Positions 10,901-19,047 of a DNA stretch of 64,000 nt are shown here, piece after piece (the stretch's first letter is position 1; the number at the start of each line of letters is the position of its first letter). The notes beneath the pieces are model-generated. The model saw nothing but the letters and a program-made list of their open reading frames with translations, ran no database searches and was not told where the DNA came from. Source of the stretch: a virus; IMG/VR virus record IMGVR_UViG_3300037427_004270; one strand, given 5' to 3'. The position numbers and the translations under genes are program-made.

Positions 10901-13900
10901 ACTTCTGTCTTCTGCTGATGCAGTTACTGATACGTTTATAAACCCTGAACCGTCTCCATTGACGTGAGTTCCTGCTCCAGAGCCTGGATTTCCGGAACCA
11001 ATTGCTGAGGACGTTAAGTTGATGCTATGCTCAAGAGTTCCGTTAACATAAAGCTCTAGAATTCCTACCTCTGCGTTCCCGAAAGAATCTACTGGGTAAT
11101 TGTTTACAGCGTTGTCGTAGGTGTCTGCAGTGACGTGAAAGTTGACAATGCCCTCTATATTGGAAGCTCCGTTGTAAGTTCCTCGGCGGAAGTCATCTCC
11201 AGATGTTGCAGATTCATATGTGCCGGTGACATTTAATGCAGAAAATGAACCTATAGAGGATACGTTCGTATATCCCGAAATTGCATTAGAGGAGCCAAAA
11301 GATAATTTTGAGGAAACGCCTGCCCCAGTTGAAGCATTTATTCTACTGACATCAGGTGCTGGGGATGGTGCTAAGATTTTTAATATCTCGTTAAACCTAT
11401 CGACTGCAGTGCCGACTGGGGTTGTGGATATAAAGTCCGTAAAAAGGCCGTCGGTGTATGTGCCGTCTTCAGCTGTACCAATGTTTCCGGAACCACTAGC
11501 TGCACTACCAGAAGCTGCAGAGATCGTTACCTGTCCGGATGATCCAGTAACCAAAGATATGTTAGACCCTGCTCTAAGATAAGCAGTGCCATCTCTAAGT
11601 TTTGTCAAAGAGCCTGTTATCGAAGTGGAAATCATGTTTCCAATTGTTATATTGTTTGTAGTTACACTTCCATTGTCTGTAACTTGATCAAGAGTGGATG
11701 CGGTGGATATGCCTGTTAGATTTGAGCCGTCGCCATAAAAAGCAGAGGCAGAAATGTTTACGGATGCCGATAAGTTTCCTGTGATTGTGGCATTACCAGT
11801 ATGACTCCCGTCCCATTCTGCAGTGACGCCTGTTAGATTTGATCCGTCGCCATAAAAGGCGGATGCTGATATATTTGCCGAGGCAGAAATTCCTGCAACA
11901 GATAATGTCCCTGTTGTAGTGGCTCCTCTGGCTACCACAGTAGAGAGAGTGTCTGTTTCGGCGTAATAACTGGCAGTAGAAGCAAGAGCAACTGCGCCTG
12001 CAACATTGCTTCCAGTGATATAAGATGCAGTAAATGCACTTGCAACCGTTCCAACAACATTGGAAGCACTTATCGAATTGGCGAGGCCTGCAGTCGTTGC
12101 AAAAGAGGCGGTGATACCTGTCAAGTTTGAGCCGTCTCCGTAAAAAGCGGAACCAGATACATTCCCTGTGATTGTGGCATTGCCAGTGTGGGTACCATCC
12201 CACTCTGCAGTGACGCCTGTTAGATTTGATCCGTCGCCATAAAAGGCGGATGCTGATATATTCACAGATGCTGAAATGCCTCCTACAGACAAGGTTCCTG
12301 TTGTCTGGGGGTTTCTTGAGACTACAGTATGGAGAGTGTCTGTTTCGACATAATAACTAGCAGTAGAGGCAAGGGCCACTGGGCCAACAACGTTGCTGCC
12401 AGTAACAAAAGAAGCAGTAAACGCACTTGCCACTGTTCCATCAATATTGGAAGCACTCACTGAGTTGGCTAGCCCTGCCATCTTTGCATAAGAGGCAGTG
12501 AGTATAAAAGATGCTGTTTGTGCATTTGTTGCATTTGCTGCACTTGCAACTGTGCCAGAGATGTTTGAAGCAAGAACATAGCTCGCAGTTAACGCAGTCA
12601 CAACATAAGATGCAGTTTGTGCATTAATAGCGTTTGTGGCGTTTGCCACTGTTCCGAAGACTTTGCTCCCAGTAATAAAGGAGGCGGTAAATGCATTCGC
12701 GACTGTACCGACAACGTTGCTGCCTGTAATAAACGAAGCAGTAAACGCACTTGCCACTGTTCCGACGACGTTCGAGGCGCTTACTGAATTAGCGAGCTGT
12801 GCGGTCGTTGCAAAAGAGGCAGTCTGTGCGTTAACTGCGTTTGTCGCATTTGCAACTGTTCCGACAATGTTACCTGCTGTTATGTTTGTTAAGTTCGCGC
12901 CTGATCCATAAAATGCGGAAGCAGATATGTTTAACGATGCTGACAGAGAGCCTTGTATAGTCGCGTTGCCAACATGACTTCCATCCCACTCTGCAGTGAC
13001 TCCAGTAATGCCAGAACCATCGCCGACAAAAGCAGATGCTGAGATATGGCCAGAAGCGGATAAGTTTGCTGTTACAGCTAGACTACCAGTGATGGAGGCA
13101 CTCCCGACGTGGCTACCATCCCACTCTGCGGTGACTCCAGTGATATTTGCACCATCGCCGTAAAATGCTGATGCTGAGATATTTGCTGATGCTGAGATGC
13201 CTCCCACCGACAAAGTTGCCGTTGTGGTTGCCCCTCTTGCAGCCACAGTGGAGAGAGTGTCTGTTTCGGCGTAATAACTGGCAGTGGATGCCAGTGCAAC
13301 TGCTCCGGTGACATTGCTTCCCAGAATATAAGAAGCAGTATGGGCCAAAGAAGCAGTATGAGCCAAAGAAGCAGTATGAGCCAAAGAAGCAGTGTGTGCG
13401 TTGTCTATTGTGCCAGTGAGTGTCGTAGTGGATGCAATTGTTATCTCATTTGCATTGGAAGTTATGGTTACGTTGTTCCCTTCCTTAAAAGACTTAAATT
13501 GTAGCTCTGATCCCACTTTTTTGGCAAATGCGCCTTCTCCAGAGCCCAAATTCTTTACTGTGTTCTTTTCGCCCTCTACTTTTTGGATAAAAGACGCATT
13601 TTCGCATGCAGTAAGTGAATTTTCGTCTATTTCGTCGCCTGCAGGGACTTTCTTCTTACTTAAAGTGAAAACTCCCTGTCTAGCCCTGATACACTCTGCT
13701 ATAATTTCGTATTTGTTGTTTACTTGTCCAAATAATAGCCTTGGGCTCTTCAAAATGGTGATTTCGTACAGAATATTGCCATATAAAAGGTAATCGCCCT
13801 CTCTTACAAACAAATTCTGGTCTTCAGTGAGTCTTTTCTTGTGAAACTTGACACTTATCTTAGATGTTTTGTCTAAGCCGAGGTAAGTTGTCTCTGTATC

Positions 13901-14758
13901 TGAACCTAACCACTCTACAGCGGCAAAAATCCTCATAGGAGGAAGAAAAGTCTTATCAATGCTCTCGCCGTATAGGTTATGGTAGTTGCTGTGCTTGATG
14001 CTGACAGGAAAATATACAACCTGCTGGCCAATGACCCTTTCTAGGACTTCATCACCAACTTGCTTTGTTAAATCTCTCTCTTTTTTACCAGTGAACAGTG
14101 GTGGTGGAGGACTATCCTGAGTTGTATACTCGTTATGCTTCACCTGATCATCTTTGCAGATAGCTCCGTTAACATCTCCTGAGCTTTCAACTATATTTAT
14201 CTCGTTAACCGGGTCGTATGCATCAGCAATCAGCCTCGGGTCTTCCTCTTCTGATGCCACATAGTCCTGCTTTGGAAATGTGCCGTCCCTAGCTCTTACG
14301 CATTTCGCAGCTATTTCAATTTTTTCGTCTACTTGCCCGAACAATAGCCTTGGCTGTTGAAGTGTGACTACTTCGTAGTATTGATCTCCATAATAGACAT
14401 AATCCCCTTCGCGCACAAACAGGTTCTTGTCTTCGGTCAACCTTCTTTTTTGAAAATGTACTGTAATAGACGACTTTTTCTCTATTCCAAAAGAGTCTGT
14501 CGTTGTTTCTTCGCCGTTCCACTCTACATAAGCATCTATTTTAACGGGCGGCAGAAAGTTTTTATCTATGGCTTCCCCATAGAGATCATGAAAGTTAGTG
14601 TGCTTAACACTGATGGGATAATATACTAAAGCGGATTTAACAACTCTTTCAGAAATTTCATCTGAAACTTGTTTTGCTAAGTCTTTTTCTTTCTTTCCCG
14701 TAAAAAGCGGAGGGGGCGGAGCTTTCGGACGGTTCCAGACATTATCGTTATCTGACAT
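7916..14758 (-). CDS. 2280-aa fusion: two tandem head-closure (gp14-like) domains, an SAS/TAS-repeat fibre shaft and two tandem ~550-590-aa domains
   Basis: Duplicated PPPLFTGKKE...LYGE.IDK.FLPP...RLTED.NLFVREGDY...LFGQ domain; repeated SASAFYGDGSNLTG; duplicated KLSFGSS...DQRNG.NYA.V.H...GDFR...WTGY domain; follows the neck gene. Confidence 0.75.
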   Translation of the reverse strand: MSDNDNVWNRPKAPPPPLFTGKKEKDLAKQVSDEISERVVKSALVYYPISVKHTNFHDLYGEAIDKNFLPPVKIDAYVEWNGEETTTDSFGIEKKSSITVHFQKRRLTEDKNLFVREGDYVYYGDQYYEVVTLQQPRLLFGQVDEKIEIAAKCVRARDGTFPKQDYVASEEEDPRLIADAYDPVNEINIVESSGDVNGAICKDDQVKHNEYTTQDSPPPPLFTGKKERDLTKQVGDEVLERVIGQQVVYFPVSIKHSNYHNLYGESIDKTFLPPMRIFAAVEWLGSDTETTYLGLDKTSKISVKFHKKRLTEDQNLFVREGDYLLYGNILYEITILKSPRLLFGQVNNKYEIIAECIRARQGVFTLSKKKVPAGDEIDENSLTACENASFIQKVEGEKNTVKNLGSGEGAFAKKVGSELQFKSFKEGNNVTITSNANEITIASTTTLTGTIDNAHTASLAHTASLAHTASLAHTASYILGSNVTGAVALASTASYYAETDTLSTVAARGATTTATLSVGGISASANISASAFYGDGANITGVTAEWDGSHVGSASITGSLAVTANLSASGHISASAFVGDGSGITGVTAEWDGSHVGNATIQGSLSASLNISASAFYGSGANLTNITAGNIVGTVANATNAVNAQTASFATTAQLANSVSASNVVGTVASAFTASFITGSNVVGTVANAFTASFITGSKVFGTVANATNAINAQTASYVVTALTASYVLASNISGTVASAANATNAQTASFILTASYAKMAGLANSVSASNIDGTVASAFTASFVTGSNVVGPVALASTASYYVETDTLHTVVSRNPQTTGTLSVGGISASVNISASAFYGDGSNLTGVTAEWDGTHTGNATITGNVSGSAFYGDGSNLTGITASFATTAGLANSISASNVVGTVASAFTASYITGSNVAGAVALASTASYYAETDTLSTVVARGATTTGTLSVAGISASANISASAFYGDGSNLTGVTAEWDGSHTGNATITGNLSASVNISASAFYGDGSNLTGISTASTLDQVTDNGSVTTNNITIGNMISTSITGSLTKLRDGTAYLRAGSNISLVTGSSGQVTISAASGSAASGSGNIGTAEDGTYTDGLFTDFISTTPVGTAVDRFNEILKILAPSPAPDVSRINASTGAGVSSKLSFGSSNAISGYTNVSSIGSFSALNVTGTYESATSGDDFRRGTYNGASNIEGIVNFHVTADTYDNAVNNYPVDSFGNAEVGILELYVNGTLEHSINLTSSAIGSGNPGSGAGTHVNGDGSGFINVSVTASAEDRSQNAFSIFQHRTAKYRVHTADQRNGLNYAQVKHSGSWGSKTTNFVQWVNDNNSNALAASNARFANETGLGGKYLSGVQYFKSASANYIVEVSNAYRNVYTSQNISFTTTNCSISAQAFPELNFGAGEDETKVLKITGSATTSTQSLSGSIQSSVNVAHPLKSDLSNGGSASSTGILIYNPSGNSTALRERFKEETYRLFSGSYDSQSDVDSGTWNSQTHMTASGTHSDGLQLYSARLYSPLNTIQSGDFRDNSEGGPFGLAPAGNPNYSGESGTRTFFRYFRNSTGATKRDITLTIEGSGTTIVPAGTALNSGRIRAFIKIPGSTGFMDVAAAFTYDQTSAGSGAYVLAFDNSVDATNYVTFGTKGVGNGDDVVLKIEADTSWTGYVDDIVVAFGAGTGTAPTEAPALDDIDINDSGTDVKLSFGSSKGVTGYTNVSTNTGNSAVDLNGNFLDSGDIAGVFDGTTVIDGELNEDISANGTSYVANSFKNAATGSLKLEVNGAVVHTIDLASASVGSGNPGSGTDSELNANSSGFVSLSIYKPGLYSGNSLPDYTKIYRTGKYQVGAADQRNGWNYARVVHTGSGISQTITNYVEWVNDPDSNALSAAATNLTNFSGSVFYSLSGVRYFVDCSASFTYAASNVYKNVYYRSSDGISFPTTTNTTVSHIGTFGSGLASTGTTSGATKALPALATTANSQDQVLQITGTITFDPSASLVGAHATTAHTASVSSRVKHPLKSNLTTSTLSKHSFLVFSGSQSSDLNSTEHFDGEVYRLQSGSYATQNSVTNAGNAWSSTVSINDAGGNATYSNGMLIYNDKLMSPLTGGLSGDFRCANDGGALQAPTGNPNYSTLTAATREYYRYFRSNQVGDVSLATVTLRGDANLISKGGAFNTGSLGASKNFHLEVKIPGDSGWLDMARPASLSENIATDGSGGYNGGGADVDQTVDGSGTSYGINFRTATLEGTSGGNADYLLVRITAHKDWTGYLSRISFTYGS
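13331..13400. repeat. 18-nt tandem repeat (~4 copies) encoding AHTASL
   Basis: AGAAGCAGTATG(A/G)GCCAA units seen directly at 13331, 13349, 13367 and a partial unit at 13385. Confidence 0.9.
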
Positions 14759-14767
14759 TCATCTCTC

Positions 14768-16030
14768 CTATCCCATAAGAATAACTAATGGAACCTTCTG
14801 GTGAATTCTATTTGCATTATCAACAAGATCTGCATCACCTTCCATCAACTTGGCGTATGTTAGTTCGTCAAGAACAGTCTTGAGTTCATCTCTCAAGGTT
14901 GTTTGTTCTTCTCTTGCCTGAGTCGCTAACTGCTCTCCATTGAGGGTTACTGAATCTCCCGGAATTGGAAGTGTTGCAAACTTGCTTCTTATGAGGCCCA
15001 AAGTCTCTTTACATAATGATAGAGCGAACCTTCTTATCCATTGCTTGCCGATAGCGTTTATATTATCATAAGGCAAGTTGCCAAAAGGAATTGTGTTTAT
15101 ATTGTTAATTCCGGCGACGCCAATAGATCTATCGGAGTCCTCTTGCCAAGAATCTGAAGGGATGGTAAACTCAAACCATATCTTATTATAGATGTTTGCT
15201 TCCGGAATAGGGAACAATCTTATCTTGTTGTTTCTTAACTCGTAGGAGTAATGGCTGGTTCTTGTGTATAGACTGTCTTCATACGCCATTGCTTGTAGTT
15301 TATTTTGCCAAGGTGGTATAACCTCGTATGTAGAATCGTCTGCATATTGCCCATAAGTTGACATATTGCCAACCACGCCGAGGCCGCCATAGTAGCCATA
15401 AAAGCGCCACATGGTTTTTGGAGTCTTGTAAAAGACTTTCTTTACAAGTATCTTGTTCTTATTTGTTCCGGTTAAAGAGCCGCTAAAAGCTGGCATTGCG
15501 GAAACAATAGTTTGTAAATCATAGTCTTGTTTGCCTGTCTTAACATCTATTGAAGCGGAGTATGTAGTTTGGTTTCCGCCGACGCCAGCATCTTCGGAGA
15601 TGCCATCTGCAACACGCCTTGCATAACTAAAATCAAAGGAAGGGTATTTTAACGAAACGTGCGAGCCGCTAAGGGACGAAGAGAGTTGACCGGACATTAT
15701 ATTGCCTTTGTGGTCAAAAGCTCCTGTGGTGTTCCCCAGGACGTCAGAGAGTATGTTTTTACTTTGATGTATGTTAACAAGGTAACTGTACTCTAAAACA
15801 GCCTCTTCGTAAGCCGCATATACTGTGTCTTCTTTTATTTCTAAGTCGAGGACGTCTCCCCCAAGTTTTTTATAAACATAGTTAACTTGGGCAGAAGCTC
15901 CGGATAAAAACTCAGCGTTCCCTGAATATACGCCATATGGCAAAGCAGCGTCAACGTTACCGATTGTTCCTGTGGCTGGCAGGGTTGATGCGTTAGTGGT
16001 GCTTTTTGGGTTTAAATTTGGTAAAGACAT
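14768..16030 (-). CDS. Neck/head-tail adaptor protein (T4 gp13-like)
   Basis: Start moved to MSLPNL at 16030 (GGAGG RBS; the tracked 16117 start runs through the terminator). Motifs YKKLGGDVLDLE, AYEEAVLEYSY, WIRRFAL.L.KETLG.IRSKF..PIPG..VTLNG; follows the MCP. Confidence 0.8.
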   Translation of the reverse strand: MSLPNLNPKSTTNASTLPATGTIGNVDAALPYGVYSGNAEFLSGASAQVNYVYKKLGGDVLDLEIKEDTVYAAYEEAVLEYSYLVNIHQSKNILSDVLGNTTGAFDHKGNIMSGQLSSSLSGSHVSLKYPSFDFSYARRVADGISEDAGVGGNQTTYSASIDVKTGKQDYDLQTIVSAMPAFSGSLTGTNKNKILVKKVFYKTPKTMWRFYGYYGGLGVVGNMSTYGQYADDSTYEVIPPWQNKLQAMAYEDSLYTRTSHYSYELRNNKIRLFPIPEANIYNKIWFEFTIPSDSWQEDSDRSIGVAGINNINTIPFGNLPYDNINAIGKQWIRRFALSLCKETLGLIRSKFATLPIPGDSVTLNGEQLATQAREEQTTLRDELKTVLDELTYAKLMEGDADLVDNANRIHQKVPLVILMG

Positions 16031-16058
16031 ACATGTTTCCTCCGAGTGTCCAACATTA

Positions 16059-16065
16059 TAAATAG
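16059..16065 (-). promoter_or_regulatory. CTATTTA motif upstream of the neck gene
   Basis: ACTATTTATA between the MCP terminator and the GGAGG RBS. Confidence 0.5.
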
Positions 16066-16085
16066 TAAGAAAACACCGTAAATTG

Positions 16086-16114
16086 AAAAAAGAAACGCCC
16101 TCACAGGGAGGGCG
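16086..16114 (-). terminator. Intrinsic terminator after the major capsid gene
   Basis: Minus strand CGCCCTC-CCTGT-GAGGGCG followed by TTTCTTTTTT. Confidence 0.85.
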
Positions 16115-16144
16115 CATCTATTAGTCATGTTTTAGGTTAGTATA

Positions 16145-17833
16145 TTAGCCCTGCATATCAGAGATAATAACCAAGCCGTACATGTCAGGACGTACCATTT
16201 TCTTAGCGTAACGAGTCATTACGCCTTTTCTTGGTACGAAGTCTTCAGGACCAAAAATGGTCGGTGTGACTTGCAATGGAACGTAAGGAGCATAAACATA
16301 TCCACTTTCGAGGAAGCTGCTACCTTTACGGCCAACTAATACAACGTTACGTGGGAAGTATGGGTCAACATAAACTTCCAACTTACCGCTCAAACTACCG
16401 ACGTTAACTGCACCAGTGGTACCTTTGTCGTCGTCATGAGTAACCTTAGCTTTGAAGCCAGCGGTGAATTCAAGCAAGTTAGCTGCTTCTGGGGATACAA
16501 CGATGAAGTTGGCTCCGCCGCGCAACGTTTTGCGGTGAATCTGTGCTGAAACGTCATTGATGGTTTCGAGAAGAGTCTCGTACCATTCGCTAACAGTACC
16601 AGTGAAGTCTGCACCGAGCAAGGATTCGTTCGCGCTAGTGCTGATTTGCAAACCAGTTTCGCGGTTCAAGAACTTACCTGGGCGACGTGACCAGTAATAG
16701 GTTGATGCGGTTGCACCGTTGATCAAGTCATTCAAGATTTCCTGATCGAGTTCAAGAGCAATGTGCTCGGAAAGAACGTTTGTTAATTCAACTTCAGCGT
16801 CTAAGTTGTGATAAGCGTTCAAGTCTTGTCCTAATTCAGGAGTCCACTTTGCTTTCAACTTCTTAGTAACTGCAGTAACAGCAATGCTATCAACGTTGAT
16901 GTTGATCTCAGGGATGTTACCATCGTTCTCTAAGCCCCATTCAGCTGCACCAACAACAGAACCGATAGCACGAGGGCCAGCGTTGAAGTTGTCAACCAAA
17001 GGATAGCTCAAAGTACCAGCAATGTTTGCTGCACCGATGTTTGCGCTCATACCAGAGAACATGATGTCAAGGTTGTTGCCACTAAGCGTAGTCAAACGAC
17101 GAACTTGGTTAGCACCAGACAAATGACCTGCAGTAGTAGGCGTAAACACGATTTGAGTCAAGTTTTCTAAGTTAATTTCATCTCTAAAGGATGTGATAGC
17201 GATTCTCAACTGCTGACACTTAGTAGTGCTAGCTGCAACCAAGTCAGGGTCATGACGAATAGCTTTCAATGAAACTTCGTTCATGCTGCCTGGAGCAACA
17301 GAAGCAGACAACTGAGTACCCGTTCTGATTGCGTTCAAAGACTGCGAACCAGTAGGTGAACTGTAAGAGTTGTTCAAGTTGTAGAAACCACCAGATGCTT
17401 CAGTAAGAGCAGCATTGGCAAGACCACCAGTAATTTGCTGGCCGAGGGTTCCGCCGCCATAAACTGATTTATCAGCAACACCACCACCACGAGTCTTGTC
17501 TAACTTGAAATCCAAGAAGAAGATAAGACCAGATGGAAGGCTCATAGGCTGAACACTTACCAGTTCATTTGCGATTAAGTTACCGAATACACGACGAACG
17601 ATAGGAAATGCAACGGATGCAAAACCTTCAACATCGGCACCAGCCATGGATGAAGCTTCACGGAGAAGTTCTTTTGCTTGGTTTTCGAGCAAGCGGCTCA
17701 TATAATTTTTTGATTGTGAGGAAGTAAGACCTTCGAGAAGACCAGTATTTTCCCACTTATTCAGTAATGCAGCGCCTTCACCAGAGAGGTCACGCTCTAC
17801 AATACCTTCAGTTAATTTTTCAATAACAGACAT
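16145..17833 (-). CDS. gp23: Major capsid protein (T4 gp23-like)
   Basis: LLNKWENTGLLEG, AFPIVRRVFGNLIANELVSVQPMSLPSGLIFFLD, TKKLKAKWTPELGQDLNAYH, GYVYAPYVPL, GVMTRYA. Confidence 0.97.
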   Translation of the reverse strand: MSVIEKLTEGIVERDLSGEGAALLNKWENTGLLEGLTSSQSKNYMSRLLENQAKELLREASSMAGADVEGFASVAFPIVRRVFGNLIANELVSVQPMSLPSGLIFFLDFKLDKTRGGGVADKSVYGGGTLGQQITGGLANAALTEASGGFYNLNNSYSSPTGSQSLNAIRTGTQLSASVAPGSMNEVSLKAIRHDPDLVAASTTKCQQLRIAITSFRDEINLENLTQIVFTPTTAGHLSGANQVRRLTTLSGNNLDIMFSGMSANIGAANIAGTLSYPLVDNFNAGPRAIGSVVGAAEWGLENDGNIPEININVDSIAVTAVTKKLKAKWTPELGQDLNAYHNLDAEVELTNVLSEHIALELDQEILNDLINGATASTYYWSRRPGKFLNRETGLQISTSANESLLGADFTGTVSEWYETLLETINDVSAQIHRKTLRGGANFIVVSPEAANLLEFTAGFKAKVTHDDDKGTTGAVNVGSLSGKLEVYVDPYFPRNVVLVGRKGSSFLESGYVYAPYVPLQVTPTIFGPEDFVPRKGVMTRYAKKMVRPDMYGLVIISDMQG

Positions 17834-17850
17834 AGTATGTTACTCCTTGT

Positions 17851-18897
17851 TTATTTATTTTTTATTCCGGCTAATAATTTCCATCTATTAGCGACAGGAT
17901 CAGTTTTAGTTTCTTGCGTTTTTCGAGACACTATTAAAGAACTCGGCTTGCTAACAACTTCGCTCAGTGATTCTGGGCCTTTAGAATTGGAGGCTCCCAC
18001 TGCGCTTTGAAGTGTCTCAAAGACCATTTTTGCTTGTTCGGGTGTTTTTGTCTCTTCAATTGCACCAACTATTCTGTCCTTTTGTCGCTCATTCAAGGAG
18101 CTGACCTTCAAGACTTTGTTGGTATAAAGTAGCTTTGCGTTTTGCAAAGCAAGAGCATCGAAATGCTCACTCAAAGACTGGATAGTCTCTGTTAATTTGT
18201 TATTTTGACCTTCCAACTTCTCATTGGCCGTTTTGAGAGTTTCGTTGTTACGGTTCAAAATATCAAAAGCTTGTTGCAGGGTATCGACGTCTTCTTTCAA
18301 GTCTTCTTTAACTGTTGGCTTTGCAGCTTCTTCAGCGACTTTTTCTTCGTCTTCTTCTCTTTCCTGCTGTAATTCTTTTGCCTTAGCTAATGGTTCTGTT
18401 TCTTCCATTGCAGGCATCTCATGTTGCTCTGTCTTATCTTCTGTGACTTCAACTTCTGGGCCTTCGCCCTCATTAAGAGCAGATAAAATAGTATTTATTA
18501 GGTCTTCTTCCAGTTCTTCGTCTTCATCTTCAATAGGAAGCTCAGGTGCCATATCTAGTTCTGGCTCTAACTCGGAAGGTTCTATCTCGCCATCCATATC
18601 GGCAGCTGCAGCAATTGCTGGTAGGGTTATTTCAATCTCTTCGTCTTCTTCTGGACATCCACACATCTCTTTGTCGGCCACTTCGCCGTCCAATGCTCCA
18701 ACTGGAATGCTGTTTACAACATCTGAGGATGGGGAAGGACTCACTGAATCCATAGGGTCTTGTTCGTTGAGCAATGAGTCTACGGCTTGTTTAACTTCAT
18801 CTGAGTATTTTTCAACGATGGCAGTCTGAGCGTTCTTCATTGCTGCTTCTTTAAGTGCCTTTGCGTCTACTATTGCTTCTTCTAAAAGGTTCGACAT
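17851..18897 (-). CDS. Prohead core/scaffolding protein
   Basis: MSNLLEEAIVDAKALKEAA start, acidic middle, coiled coil, NAKLLYTN, C-terminal RWKLLAGIK; immediately upstream of the MCP. Confidence 0.8.
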   Translation of the reverse strand: MSNLLEEAIVDAKALKEAAMKNAQTAIVEKYSDEVKQAVDSLLNEQDPMDSVSPSPSSDVVNSIPVGALDGEVADKEMCGCPEEDEEIEITLPAIAAAADMDGEIEPSELEPELDMAPELPIEDEDEELEEDLINTILSALNEGEGPEVEVTEDKTEQHEMPAMEETEPLAKAKELQQEREEDEEKVAEEAAKPTVKEDLKEDVDTLQQAFDILNRNNETLKTANEKLEGQNNKLTETIQSLSEHFDALALQNAKLLYTNKVLKVSSLNERQKDRIVGAIEETKTPEQAKMVFETLQSAVGASNSKGPESLSEVVSKPSSLIVSRKTQETKTDPVANRWKLLAGIKNK

Positions 18898-18945
18898 GTT
18901 TTAAACTCCATTAATAATGAAAAGGGATTACTCCCCTACAAGTAA

Positions 18946-18952
18946 TAAATAG
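18946..18952 (-). promoter_or_regulatory. CTATTTA motif upstream of scaffold/MCP
   Basis: ACTATTTATTAC downstream of the 18986-19014 terminator and about 50 nt before the ATG. Confidence 0.55.
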
Positions 18953-18985
18953 TTGTTTATTGGTCAAAAGTCATTTTTCAGAAAT

Positions 18986-19014
18986 AAAAAAAGCCCGGCA
19001 CATTGGCCGGGCTT
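18986..19014 (-). terminator. Intrinsic terminator after the 2965-aa gene
   Basis: Stem AAGCCCGGC (18991-18999) / GCCGGGCTT (19006-19014) with a T7 tail on the minus strand. Confidence 0.85.
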
Positions 19015-19047
19015 GGTAAAATAGTATATTATGCTACTATTGGAGCA

